From: Burkholderiales bacterium
GTDB lineage: Bacteria > Pseudomonadota > Gammaproteobacteria > Burkholderiales > SG8-39
Direction of reading: 5' to 3'
Assembly: GCA_036381055.1 (NCBI GenBank)
Contig: DASVDO010000006.1
Span: 11,780 to 75,779 of the forward strand
Length of the DNA stretch: 64,000 nt
Shown: positions 30,566 to 40,027 of the stretch, in pieces
Layout of the letters: every line of letters begins with the position of its first letter
Position numbering within the stretch: the first letter of the stretch is position 1
Program-made: the position numbers and the translations under genes
The notes under the pieces: generated by a model
Told to the model about the DNA's origin: nothing
Database searches by the model: none
The model's input: only the letters and a program-made list of their open reading frames with translations

Positions 30566-31278
30566 GCGCCGCGCCGCGCATCGGCGTTTCGCCGCGGCTC
30601 TTCCATCCCGAGCCGGGAGGGAAAGGCGTGCGCGGCAAGCTGCTCGACTACCTCGAGCACACGGTCGCCGAATGGCTGCTCGAGCGCGGCGCGCTGCCCC
30701 TGCTGATCCCGGTCAGCGCCCAGGCCGCGCGCTACGTCGCCGCGCTCGACGGCGTGCTGCTGCAGGGTGGCGCCGACATCAGCCCGCTCGCCTACGGCGA
30801 GGCGCCGCGGCGCCCGGAATGGGCCGGCGACCCGATGCGCGACCGCTTCGAGATCGAGCTGGTGCAGGCCTGCCTCGCCGCCGGCAAGCCGGTGCTCGGC
30901 ATCTGCCGCGGCGCGCAGCTGATCAACGTCGCGCTCGGCGGCAGCCTGCACCAGGACATCCCCGCGCACCGCAGCGACGGCTACGACCTGCACGCGCACG
31001 AGGTGCGCTTCGAGCCGGGCTCCGGGCTCGCGCGCCTGTACGGCGGGCTCGGCCCGCGCCGGGTCGTGTCGATCCATCACCAGGCGATCGACCGGCTGGG
31101 GCGCGACCTCGCGGTCGAGGCGCGCGCGGTCGACGACGGCATAGTGGAGGCGATAAGAATGAAGGGCAGAAGCTACGTGTGCGCGGTGCAGTGGCATCCC
31201 GAGTTCCACCGCGGCCGCGACGGCCTGCTCGACGGCGGGCCCCTGCTCGACGAGTTCCTCGCCGCCGTGCGCTCGTGA
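30562..31278 (+). CDS. class I glutamine amidotransferase-like hydrolase (peptidase C26, gamma-glutamyl-GABA hydrolase family)
   Basis: [11 protein letters not shown] nucleophile elbow and QWHPE histidine motif. GTGA overlap with pntB. Confidence 0.85.
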   Translation: MSAAPRIGVSPRLFHPEPGGKGVRGKLLDYLEHTVAEWLLERGALPLLIPVSAQAARYVAALDGVLLQGGADISPLAYGEAPRRPEWAGDPMRDRFEIELVQACLAAGKPVLGICRGAQLINVALGGSLHQDIPAHRSDGYDLHAHEVRFEPGSGLARLYGGLGPRRVVSIHHQAIDRLGRDLAVEARAVDDGIVEAIRMKGRSYVCAVQWHPEFHRGRDGLLDGGPLLDEFLAAVRS

Positions 31279-32561
31279 AGCCGTTCGCCGCGGCGGTGCT
31301 CGCCGGCGCGGTGTGCGCGGCGCTCGGCGTGCCGGTCGACTTCGTGCTGTTCGGCCTGACGCTCGCCGGCGTGGCGCTGTTCCACGAGCGCACGCTGCAG
31401 GTGGCGCTCGCCGGCCTCGCGGTGATCGTGCTCTACAAGCTGGCCTTCACCGGCTTCAAGACCGGGCCGGGGCTCGCCGGCCTCGCGCTGCACCTCGCGC
31501 ACGAGTGGGTGATCCTCGCCAACCTGCTCGGCCTGCTGCTCGGCTTCGCGCTGCTCTCCAACCACTTCGAGGAGAGCCAGGTGCCGGCGGTGCTGCCGCG
31601 CTTCCTGCCCGACGACTGGAAGGGCGGCCTCGCGCTGCTCGCCATGATCTTCGTGCTCTCCTCGTTCCTCGACAACATCGCCGCGGCGCTGATCGGCGGC
31701 ACGATCGCGCGCCGCGTGTTCCGCGGCAAGGTGCACATCGGCTACCTGGCGGCGATCGTCGCCGCGTCGAACGCCGGCGGCTCGGGCAGCGTGGTGGGCG
31801 ACACCACGACCACCATGATGTGGATCGACGGCGTCGCGCCGGTGGACGTGCTCGAGGCGTTCATCGCCGCCGGGGCCGCGCTGCTGGTGTTCGGCGTCCC
31901 GGCCGCCCTGCAGCAGCAGCGCTATTCGCCGATCGCGCGCGACGCGGGACCGAGCGTGCGCATCGACTGGGCGCGCGTGGCGATCGTCGCGCTGATCCTG
32001 ATCGCCGCGATCTCGGTCAACGTATTGATCAACGTCAAGTACCCGGCGCAGGCCGACGCCTTCCCGTTCATCGGCGCGGCGGTCTGGGTGGCGCTGCTCG
32101 CCACCGCGGCCTGGCGCAGGCTGCACTGGGCGCTGCTCCCGGGCGCCTTCAAGGGCAGCGTGTTCCTGCTCTCGCTGATCCTCTGCGCCTCGCTGATGCC
32201 GGTGGAGAAGCTGCCCGTGGCGTCGTGGCAGACGGCCCTCGGCCTGGGCTTCATCTCGGCGGTGTTCGACAACATCCCGCTCACCGCGCTGGCGCTCAAG
32301 CAGGGCGGCTATGATTGGGGCTTCCTTGCCTACGCGGTAGGCTTCGGCGGTTCGATGATCTGGTTCGGCTCCTCGGCCGGCGTAGCGCTGTCCAACATGT
32401 ACCCGCAGGCGAAGTCGGTCGGCCTGTGGGTGCGGCATGGCTGGCACGTGGCGCTCGCCTACGTGGTCGGCTTCTTCGTGCTGCTGGCGGTGCTCGGCTG
32501 GCATCCGCATCCGCCGCACAAGGCGCGGCCGGCGCCCCTGCAGGCGGGGGCGCAGCGGTGA
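31275..32561 (+). CDS. ion-transporter-superfamily permease (ArsB/NhaD/CitMHS-like)
   Basis: About 11-12 TM helices with an SSFLDNIAAAL-type motif. GTGA overlap with the upstream gene. Confidence 0.7.
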   Translation: MKPFAAAVLAGAVCAALGVPVDFVLFGLTLAGVALFHERTLQVALAGLAVIVLYKLAFTGFKTGPGLAGLALHLAHEWVILANLLGLLLGFALLSNHFEESQVPAVLPRFLPDDWKGGLALLAMIFVLSSFLDNIAAALIGGTIARRVFRGKVHIGYLAAIVAASNAGGSGSVVGDTTTTMMWIDGVAPVDVLEAFIAAGAALLVFGVPAALQQQRYSPIARDAGPSVRIDWARVAIVALILIAAISVNVLINVKYPAQADAFPFIGAAVWVALLATAAWRRLHWALLPGAFKGSVFLLSLILCASLMPVEKLPVASWQTALGLGFISAVFDNIPLTALALKQGGYDWGFLAYAVGFGGSMIWFGSSAGVALSNMYPQAKSVGLWVRHGWHVALAYVVGFFVLLAVLGWHPHPPHKARPAPLQAGAQR

Positions 32562-33679
32562 GCTCGCGCCGGCGCTTCCTGCGGCGCGCCGCCGCGACCG
32601 GCGGCGCCGGGCTCGCGTTCCCGGCGCTCGTCGCGGCGCAGGGCACCGTGGTGCAGCGCTGGCAGAGCGCCTGGCCCGAGCGGCATCCCTGCCACGAGCA
32701 CGCGCTCGACCTCGCGCGCCGGGTGAACGACATGGCGGGCGGCGACCTGCGCATCGACCTGCTGCCGCTCGGCGAGGTGGTCCCGGCGTTCGGCCTGCTC
32801 GAGGCGGTGGCGAGCGGCAGGCTGGACGGCGCGCACGGCGCGCTGCTCTACCAGTACCCGCGCCATCCGGCGTTCGCGCTGTGGGCCGCGGGGCCGGCGT
32901 TCGGCATGGACGCCAACATGCTGCTCGCGTGGCACCACTACGGCGGCGGCCGCGCGCTGCTGGCGAAGGTGTACGCCGAGCTCGGCGCCGACGTCGTGTC
33001 GCTGCTCTACGGGCCGCGCCCGAGCGAGCCGCTCGGCTGGTTCCAGCGCCGCATCTCGCGCCCCGCCGACCTGCGGCGCCTGCGCTTTCGCAGCGAAGGC
33101 CCGCCGGTCGAGCTGTTCGAGCGGCTCGGCGCGCGGGTCAACCCGCTGCCCGAGGGCGAGGTGGCGGCGGCGCTCGAGTCCGGCCTGCTCGACGGCGCCG
33201 AGCTCGACGGCGCGGCGCGCGACCGCGCGCTCGGCGTGGCGGACGCGGCGAAGGTGTGCATGCTCGGCAGCTTCCACGAGGCGGCGGCGCAGTTCGAGGT
33301 GCTGCTTCACAAGCCCAAGCTCGAGGCGCTGCCGGCGAAGCTTAAGGCGATCATCGAGAACGCGGTGGCGGCCGCCTCGGCGGACCTGTCGTGGCGCGTC
33401 ATCGAGCGCGACTCGGCGGCCTACCAGGCGCTGCGCGCGCGCGGCGGCGTGGCATTCCACCGCACCCCCGAGGCGGTGCTGCGCGCGCAGCTCGAGGCGC
33501 ACGACGACGCCGTGGCGGCGCGGCGGCGCAGCGCGCGCCTGATCGCCGAGATCGAGGCGTCGCAGAAGGCGTTCGCGGCGCGGGCGGTGCGCTGGCAGCT
33601 CGACCACGAGGCCGACCGCCGCCTCGCCTACCGTCACTACTTTGCTCCTCGTCCGGCGGGCACCCGGCGCAAGCGCTAA
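32558..33679 (+). CDS. TRAP-type (DctP-family) substrate-binding protein, paralogue 1, Tat signal
   Basis: SRRRFLRRAAATGGAGLAFPALVAAQG signal. Roughly one-third identity by eye to the next gene. GTGA overlap with the upstream gene. Confidence 0.7.
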   Translation: MSSRRRFLRRAAATGGAGLAFPALVAAQGTVVQRWQSAWPERHPCHEHALDLARRVNDMAGGDLRIDLLPLGEVVPAFGLLEAVASGRLDGAHGALLYQYPRHPAFALWAAGPAFGMDANMLLAWHHYGGGRALLAKVYAELGADVVSLLYGPRPSEPLGWFQRRISRPADLRRLRFRSEGPPVELFERLGARVNPLPEGEVAAALESGLLDGAELDGAARDRALGVADAAKVCMLGSFHEAAAQFEVLLHKPKLEALPAKLKAIIENAVAAASADLSWRVIERDSAAYQALRARGGVAFHRTPEAVLRAQLEAHDDAVAARRRSARLIAEIEASQKAFAARAVRWQLDHEADRRLAYRHYFAPRPAGTRRKR

Positions 33680-33796
33680 CCGCTCGTCTCGGCGTAGCGG
33701 AATGCGCGTGGCTAGTTCGCTGTTATAGAATCCGGCGGGAGTACCTTGCCGATCGCGGGTGTCATGCCCGCACTGAACAGCTCAGAGGAGGAGACG

Positions 33797-34978
33797 ATGG
33801 ACCATCCAGAGGCGAAAGGGCAACCTTCGCGACGTAAGTTTCTGCGCGGTGCAGCTGCGGCGGCAGGTGTGGCCGCGCTCGCCGCGTGTTCCAAGGAAGA
33901 ACCCCCGGCGCCGAAAGCCGAGGCCCCCGCGGCTCCGGCCGTCTCGGTTAAGCCAGAGACGATCGTCATCAAGATGCAGGGTTCGTGGGGCTCGGCGGAC
34001 ATCTTCAATGACATGGCGCAGGAGTACGTCAAGCGCGTGAACGAGATGTCGGGCGGCCGCCTGCGCATCGACTATCTGCTCGCGGGCGCGGTGGTGAAGC
34101 CCTTCGAGGTGATGGACGCGGTGTCCAAGGGCGTGCTGGACGGCGGGCACACGGTGCCGGTGTACTGGTACGGCAAGTCGAAGGTGGCGTCGCTGTTCGG
34201 TTCGGGCCCGATCACCGGCTGCGACGCGCAGCAGACGCTCGCCTGGATCTACCGCGGCGGCGGCCTGGAGATGTACCGCGAGCTGCTCGCCAAGCTGGGG
34301 CTGAACGCCGTCGGCTTCTTCGCCATGCCGATGCCGACGCAGCCGCTCGGCTGGTTCAAGAAGCCGGTCAAGTCGGCGGCCGACATGAAGGGCCTGAAGT
34401 ACCGCACCGTGGGCCTGTCCGCCGACCTGAACCAGCAGATGGGCCTGCGCGTCACGCAGCTGCCCGGCGGCGAGATCATCCCGGCGATGGAGAAGGGCGT
34501 GATCGAGGCCTTCGAGTACAACAACCCCACCTCCGACATGCGCTTCGGCGCCCAGGACGTGGCGAAGAACTACATGATGGGCAGCTTCCACCAGGCGATG
34601 GAGTTCTTCGAGATCATCTTCAACAAGAAGAAGTGGGAGTCGATCCCGAAGGACCTGCAGGCGATCCTGCAGTACGGCGTCGAGGCGGCCTCGTCGGCCA
34701 ACTTCTGGACCGCGATGGACAACTACTCGCGCGACCTGCAGGAGCTGATCCACAAGCACAAGGTCAACGTGCTGCGTACGCCGCGCGCGGTGTTCCAGGC
34801 GCAGCTCGAGGCCTGGGACGTGGTGAGCAAGCGGCTGCAGGACGAAGACCCGTTCTTCAAGAAGGTGGTCGATTCGCAGAAGTCGTGGGCGAAGCGCGTC
34901 GCCTATTACATGTTCCTCAACGAAGCCGACTACCGCCTCGGCTACGAGCACGTCTTCAAGACCAAGCTGCCGACGTAA
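33797..34978 (+). CDS. TRAP-type (DctP-family) substrate-binding protein, paralogue 2, Tat signal plus lipobox
   Basis: GAGGAGGAG RBS before ATG 33797. SRRKFLRGAAAAAGVAALAAC signal and lipobox, with a DctP-like body. Confidence 0.85.
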   Translation: MDHPEAKGQPSRRKFLRGAAAAAGVAALAACSKEEPPAPKAEAPAAPAVSVKPETIVIKMQGSWGSADIFNDMAQEYVKRVNEMSGGRLRIDYLLAGAVVKPFEVMDAVSKGVLDGGHTVPVYWYGKSKVASLFGSGPITGCDAQQTLAWIYRGGGLEMYRELLAKLGLNAVGFFAMPMPTQPLGWFKKPVKSAADMKGLKYRTVGLSADLNQQMGLRVTQLPGGEIIPAMEKGVIEAFEYNNPTSDMRFGAQDVAKNYMMGSFHQAMEFFEIIFNKKKWESIPKDLQAILQYGVEAASSANFWTAMDNYSRDLQELIHKHKVNVLRTPRAVFQAQLEAWDVVSKRLQDEDPFFKKVVDSQKSWAKRVAYYMFLNEADYRLGYEHVFKTKLPT

Positions 34979-35008
34979 GCGGCGTTGTAGGTCAGGTCTG
35001 CCACGAGA

Positions 35009-35043
35009 CTAGGGTGGCGCGCCCAGCGCCGCCCTAGTTTTTT
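35009..35043 (+). terminator. intra-operon hairpin plus T-tract (attenuator/terminator) between the binding protein gene and dctQ
   Basis: CTAGGGTGGCGC-GCCCA-GCGCCGCCCTAG forms a 12-bp stem with one G-U pair, followed by TTTTTT. Confidence 0.55.
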
Positions 35044-35066
35044 GTGGTGTCGGGGAGGTTAGAAGA

Positions 35067-35663
35067 ATGAATCGACTCATCTATGCGGTCGACCAGCTGA
35101 GCAAGACCATCGGCCACGCGTTCGCGTGGTGCATCATCATCCTCGCGCTCGGCACGACGTACGAGGTGTTCGTGCGCTACGTGCTGAACAACCCGACCAG
35201 CTGGGCGTTCGACTTCAGCTACATCATGTACGGCGCGCTGTTCTTCATGGCCGGCGCCTACACGCTGTCGCGCGGCGGGCACGTGCGCGCCGACATGTTC
35301 TTCCGCCTCTGGCCGCCGCGCGCGCAGGCCGGCATCGAGCTGGCGCTCTACCTGCTGTTCTTCTTCCCCGGCATCGTCGCCATGATCACCTCGGGCTGGA
35401 TCTACGGCAACGACTCGATGCGCATCCTCGAGAAGAGCATCAACAGCCCGGTCGGCATCCCGATCTGGCAGATCAAGATGCTCATCCCGGTGGGCGCCCT
35501 GCTGATCGGCCTGCAGGGCATCGCCGAGGTGCTGCGCTGCACGCTGTGCCTCAAGGACGGCCAGTGGCCGCCGCGGCTGCACGACGTGGAAGAGCTGGAG
35601 AAGCAGATCCTCGAGAAGGCGGCGGCCGAAGGCGTCGAGGCGGCGAAGGCGGTGACGCGATGA
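35067..35663 (+). CDS. dctQ: TRAP transporter small permease
   Basis: Four TM helices, 198 aa, located directly upstream of the large permease. Confidence 0.85.
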   Translation: MNRLIYAVDQLSKTIGHAFAWCIIILALGTTYEVFVRYVLNNPTSWAFDFSYIMYGALFFMAGAYTLSRGGHVRADMFFRLWPPRAQAGIELALYLLFFFPGIVAMITSGWIYGNDSMRILEKSINSPVGIPIWQIKMLIPVGALLIGLQGIAEVLRCTLCLKDGQWPPRLHDVEELEKQILEKAAAEGVEAAKAVTR

Positions 35664-37003
35664 GCCCCGGAATGATCGCCCTGATCATGCTGGGCATCCT
35701 GGTCATCACCATCATGATCGGGTTCCCGGTGGCGTTCACCATGATGGCCCTGGGCGTCGCCTTCGGCTACTACGCCTACTACATCCCCGACCAGGCGATC
35801 CTCGACAACCGGGTGTTTTTCCTGCTCACGCAGAACACCTACGGCGTCATGACCAACGACGCGCTGGTGTCGGTGCCGCTGTTCCTGCTGATGGGCTACA
35901 TGGTGGAGCGGGCGAACATCCTCGACCGCCTGTTCTTCAGCCTGCAGGTGGCGCTGCGCTTCCTGCCCGGCGCGCTCGCCGTGGCGACGCTCGCCACCTG
36001 CGCGCTGTTCGCCACCGCCACCGGCATCGTCGGCGCGGTGGTGACCCTGATGGGCCTGCTCGCCTTCCCGCAGATGATCAAGGCGGGCTACGACACGCGG
36101 CTCGCCTCGGGCGTGACCTGCGCCGGCGGCTGCCTGGGCATCATGATCCCGCCCTCGATCCTGCTGATCGTCTACGGCGCGCAGGCGGGCGTCTCGGTGG
36201 TGAAGCTCTACGCCGGCGCGCTGCTGCCCGGCTTCCTGCTCGCCGGGCTGTACATCTCGTACGTGATCGGGCTGTCGATGCTCAACCCGAAGCTCGCGCC
36301 GCCGCTCGCCGCCGAGCACCGCAACGTCTCGTTCTGGCGCACGCTGTACCTGCTCGCCACGTCGTTTTTCCCGCTCGCCTTCCTGATCCTGGCGGTGCTC
36401 GGCTCGATCATGTTCGGCCTCGCCACGCCCACCGAGGCGGCGGCGGTCGGCGCGTTCGGCTCGATCCTGCTCGCGGCGGGCTACCGGGCGCTCAACTGGC
36501 CGCGTCTCAAGGAGGCGGTGTACCTGACGGCGCGCACCTCGGCGATGGTGTGCTGGCTGTTCGTCGGCTCGGCGACCTTCGCCTCGATCTTCGCCTACCT
36601 GGGCGGCGAGGAGATCATCAAGCACTTCGTGCTCGGCCTGAACCTGTCGCCGGTGCTGTTCATGATCATGGCGCAGATCATCATCTTCCTGCTCGGCTGG
36701 CCGCTCGAGTGGACCGAGATCATCATCATCTTCGTGCCGATCTTCCTGCCGCTCCTGCCGCACTTCGAGATCGACCCGCTGATCTTCGGCATCCTGGTGG
36801 CGCTCAATTTGCAGACCGCGTTCCTGTCGCCGCCGATGGCGATGGCGGCGTATTATCTGAAGGGCGTCTCGCCGCCCACCGTGCTGCTGACCCAGATTTT
36901 CCGCGGCTGCATGCCGTATCTCTTCATCATCGTCTTCTGCATGGCGCTGGTGTACGTCTTGCCCGGGATCGTCACCTGGCTGCCGGACATGATCTACGGC
37001 TAG
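35660..37003 (+). CDS. dctM: TRAP transporter large permease
   Basis: ATGA overlap with dctQ. About 12 or more TM helices and typical DctM motifs (LLMGYMVERANI, MIPPS). Confidence 0.9.
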   Translation: MSPGMIALIMLGILVITIMIGFPVAFTMMALGVAFGYYAYYIPDQAILDNRVFFLLTQNTYGVMTNDALVSVPLFLLMGYMVERANILDRLFFSLQVALRFLPGALAVATLATCALFATATGIVGAVVTLMGLLAFPQMIKAGYDTRLASGVTCAGGCLGIMIPPSILLIVYGAQAGVSVVKLYAGALLPGFLLAGLYISYVIGLSMLNPKLAPPLAAEHRNVSFWRTLYLLATSFFPLAFLILAVLGSIMFGLATPTEAAAVGAFGSILLAAGYRALNWPRLKEAVYLTARTSAMVCWLFVGSATFASIFAYLGGEEIIKHFVLGLNLSPVLFMIMAQIIIFLLGWPLEWTEIIIIFVPIFLPLLPHFEIDPLIFGILVALNLQTAFLSPPMAMAAYYLKGVSPPTVLLTQIFRGCMPYLFIIVFCMALVYVLPGIVTWLPDMIYG

Positions 37004-37007
37004 CGCC

Positions 37008-38354
37008 ATGGACGCCTCGCAGCTGACCTGGCTGTCCGCCGCCGACGCGGCGCGCGCGATCCGCGACGGGCTGGTGACCTCGGAGCAGCTCGTCGAGGCC
37101 TGCCTCGAGCGCATCGCCGAGGCCGAGCCCGGCGTGCAGGCCTGGACCTACCTCGACCGCGACCACGCGCTCGAGCAGGCGCGCTCGCGCGACGAGCACC
37201 GCGCGGGCGGCCATCCGCTCGGGCCGCTGCACGGCGTGCCGGTCGGCATCAAGGACATCATCGACACCGCCGACATGCCGACCGAGGACGGCACGGTGCT
37301 GCACGCGGGGCGCACGCCGCTGCGCGACGCGACCGCGGTGGCGCTGCTGCGCGCCGCCGGCGCGGTGATCCTCGGCAAGACGGTCACCACCGAGTGCGCC
37401 TACTTCGCGCCCGGCAAGACGCGCAACCCGCACAATCCCGAGCACACGCCGGGCGGCTCCTCGAGCGGCTCGGCGGCGGCGGTGGCCGCCGGCATGGTGC
37501 CGCTCGCGCTCGGCAGCCAGACCAACGGCTCGGTGATCCGGCCGGCGGCGTTCTGCGGCGTGTACGGCTTCAAGCCGACGCACGGGCTGGTGCCGCGCGG
37601 CGGCATCCTGCGGCTGTCGCGCGCGCTCGACCACGTCGGCGTGTTCGCGCGCACGCTGGAAGACGTGGCGCTCGCCGTCGAGCAGCTCACCGGCTTCGAC
37701 GGCGCCGACCCGGACACCGCGCCGCGCGCGCGCGTGCCGTTCCTCGAGACGCTGGCGCAGGAGCCGCCGCTGCCGCCCACGCTCGCCTTCATCAAGGGGC
37801 CGGCGTGGGAGCGCGCCGAGCCGGACACGCGCGCCGCGTTCGCCGAGCTGGTCGAGGCGCTCGGCGAGCGCTGCGTCGAGGTCGAGCTGCCCGAGACGGC
37901 GCGCAACGCGCTCGACTGGCACCGCACGATCATGGCGGCCGAGATGGCGATGAACCTGGATGCCGAGTGGGAGCGGGGCCGCGACAAGCTCTCCGAGCAG
38001 CTGCGCAGCCTGCTCGAGCACGGCCGCGCGGTGCCGGCGCTCGCCTACCAGAAGGCGCTGGCGCGCATCCCGACGCTGAACGAGGGCTTCGGCGAGATCT
38101 TCCAGCGCTGCGACGCGATCCTCACGCCTTCGGCGCCCGGCACGGCGCCCAAGGGACTGCACTCGACGGGCGACCCGTCGTTCTGCACGCTATGGACGCT
38201 GTGCGGCATGCCGGCGCTCAACCTGCCGGTCATGCAGGGCGAGAACGGCCTGCCGCTGGGGGTGCAGCTCGTCGGGCCGCGCGGCGGCGATGCGCGGCTG
38301 CTGCGCACGGCCAAGTGGCTGGTGAACACGGTGCAAACGAAAGACTCGACCTAG
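37008..38354 (+). CDS. amidase-signature family amidase
   Basis: GGSSSGSAAAVAAG signature and VPVGIKDII lysine motif; a Ser-cisSer-Lys triad is plausible. Confidence 0.9.
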   Translation: MDASQLTWLSAADAARAIRDGLVTSEQLVEACLERIAEAEPGVQAWTYLDRDHALEQARSRDEHRAGGHPLGPLHGVPVGIKDIIDTADMPTEDGTVLHAGRTPLRDATAVALLRAAGAVILGKTVTTECAYFAPGKTRNPHNPEHTPGGSSSGSAAAVAAGMVPLALGSQTNGSVIRPAAFCGVYGFKPTHGLVPRGGILRLSRALDHVGVFARTLEDVALAVEQLTGFDGADPDTAPRARVPFLETLAQEPPLPPTLAFIKGPAWERAEPDTRAAFAELVEALGERCVEVELPETARNALDWHRTIMAAEMAMNLDAEWERGRDKLSEQLRSLLEHGRAVPALAYQKALARIPTLNEGFGEIFQRCDAILTPSAPGTAPKGLHSTGDPSFCTLWTLCGMPALNLPVMQGENGLPLGVQLVGPRGGDARLLRTAKWLVNTVQTKDST

Positions 38355-38366
38355 CGAGGCGTCGAC

Positions 38367-38537
38367 ATGCCCTTGAAGATCATTGCCGGAATCCTCGCCG
38401 CGGTGCTGCTGATTGCCTACGTGGCGCCGGTGCTGTGGCGTCTCAAGCAGGAATACGCGCTCTGGGCGGTCACGCTGCTCGGCCTGGGGATGATGCTGGT
38501 CGACCTCTGGCAGTCGCTCAAGTCTAAGGAAGAGTAG
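38367..38537 (+). CDS. small two-TM membrane protein (56 aa)
   Basis: Hand-translated MPLKIIAGILAAVLLIAYVAPVLWRLKQEYALWAVTLLGLGMMLVDLWQSLKSKEE. GAGG lies 7 nt upstream. Below the ORF-track length cutoff. Confidence 0.45.
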   Translation: MPLKIIAGILAAVLLIAYVAPVLWRLKQEYALWAVTLLGLGMMLVDLWQSLKSKEE

Positions 38538-38937
38538 GCGTCGGGGCGAACGCCACGACCCAGTGCGTGATGCGCTCCTGCGCGTCGCGCACCGCGCCCA
38601 CCGTCGTCTCCACCCGCCGCGCCGCGCCCGCGCGCGTCCAGACGTTGATCTGCCAGTGCGCGCGGCTGCCGGCGAGCAGCCGGTGCGCGAGCGGCTCGTC
38701 GCCGCGCAGCACCAGCTCGGCGAGCGGGCGCCCCAGCGCCTCGCGCCCGGCGAGGCCGAAGAACTCCTCGAACGCCGGGTTGACGTAGCGCACCGGCCGC
38801 GCCGGGTGGGCGGCCTCCAGGATGGCGAGCGGGAAGCCGAGCGCGCCGAGCGCGGCGCGGTAGAGCGCGCTCTCGGACAGCAGGCGCGCGAGCGCCGGCC
38901 GCTCGGCTTGAAAGTCGACCCGTTCCAGCGCGCTCAT
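38524..38937 (-). CDS. stand-alone PAS-domain protein
   Basis: Start chosen at MSALERV. The motif YVNPAFEEFFGLAGREALGRP is a typical PAS core. Confidence 0.7.
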   Translation of the reverse strand: MSALERVDFQAERPALARLLSESALYRAALGALGFPLAILEAAHPARPVRYVNPAFEEFFGLAGREALGRPLAELVLRGDEPLAHRLLAGSRAHWQINVWTRAGAARRVETTVGAVRDAQERITHWVVAFAPTPTLP

Positions 38938-39005
38938 CGCGCCCTTTTGCCACGATCGCGGCGGCGCAACAAGTGTCCGCGGGCGGCGACAGTGCCGCCG
39001 GCGCC

Positions 39006-39965
39006 CTACGCGCGTTGCGCCTGGGCGGCAGCGTTGCGCGCCGAGAGCGAGTAGCACTCGCGGCGCAGGCGGTCGAGGTCGGCGGTCTCGATCGCCTCGC
39101 GCAGGAAATCCATGTTGCGGTCGATCTCGGCCTGGTAGAGGTTCGGCCCGTCGAAGTGCGACTCGGCGAAGCGGTCGGCGCGGCCGAGCTTGCGGTCGAT
39201 GCGGATGCGCGCCACCTGCTCGTAGAAGCCCGGCGTCTTGAGGATCAGGTCCTCGGGCGAGCGGTAGCGCACGATCTCGCGCCCGTCGGGCAGCCGCTCG
39301 CGGGCGATCTTCGCCCAGACGAACTCCTCGTACAGGAAGCGGCGCACCTTCTCCAGGTACATGCGGTCCGACATCTGGCCGATCAGGTCGGCGGTGCCGA
39401 CCATCCAGCCGATCATGCGGTCGCGCGGGTCGTCGACCTGGATGTCGGCCACGTCCATCTCGTAGCCGGTGAAGTGCACCAGGCGCGAGGCGAGGGCGGC
39501 TTCGCGGGCGAAGCCGATCTTCGGCAGGTAGGCGGAGATGAAGTCGGCGCTGCGGCTGACGTGCACCTTGGTGAACACCGCGCCGTTGCCGATGTCCGCC
39601 TCGGAGCTGCGCTTCAGATACCCCGAGTCGTGCAGCAGCGCGATCAGCACGCCGAGCATGGCGCGCCGCGGCCCGAGCCGGTCGGTCGGCGCGCAGGTGC
39701 GGTCGTGCCCGTCGATCAGGCGGGCCATCGCGAGGGTCATGTCCAGCGTGTGGCGCAGGTCGTGGTACAGCGTGTCGCAGGCGAGGTAGCCGGGATAGCG
39801 CCCCTGGAACAGCGCCTCGAAGTCGGCGAAGCCGCGCTCCAGCTTGCCGAAGTCGGCGCCGGGATAGCGCGCGCAGAAGAGCCGCAGCACGGCGTCGCGC
39901 ACCGCGGCCGGGGTCTCCACGTTGACCTGGTTGGCTACGTCGTTGTGGTTAAGGCGGCACTGCAT
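39006..39965 (-). CDS. HD-domain metal-dependent phosphohydrolase-like protein
   Basis: YHDLRHTLD ... LLHDSGY gives an H...HD...D arrangement; 319 aa. Confidence 0.65.
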   Translation of the reverse strand: MQCRLNHNDVANQVNVETPAAVRDAVLRLFCARYPGADFGKLERGFADFEALFQGRYPGYLACDTLYHDLRHTLDMTLAMARLIDGHDRTCAPTDRLGPRRAMLGVLIALLHDSGYLKRSSEADIGNGAVFTKVHVSRSADFISAYLPKIGFAREAALASRLVHFTGYEMDVADIQVDDPRDRMIGWMVGTADLIGQMSDRMYLEKVRRFLYEEFVWAKIARERLPDGREIVRYRSPEDLILKTPGFYEQVARIRIDRKLGRADRFAESHFDGPNLYQAEIDRNMDFLREAIETADLDRLRRECYSLSARNAAAQAQRA

Positions 39966-40027
39966 ACGCCCGCTCGGCCCTCCCCCTCCGGGGGATTATT
40001 TCAGCCTCACGCTATCGGAAGCAAGGA

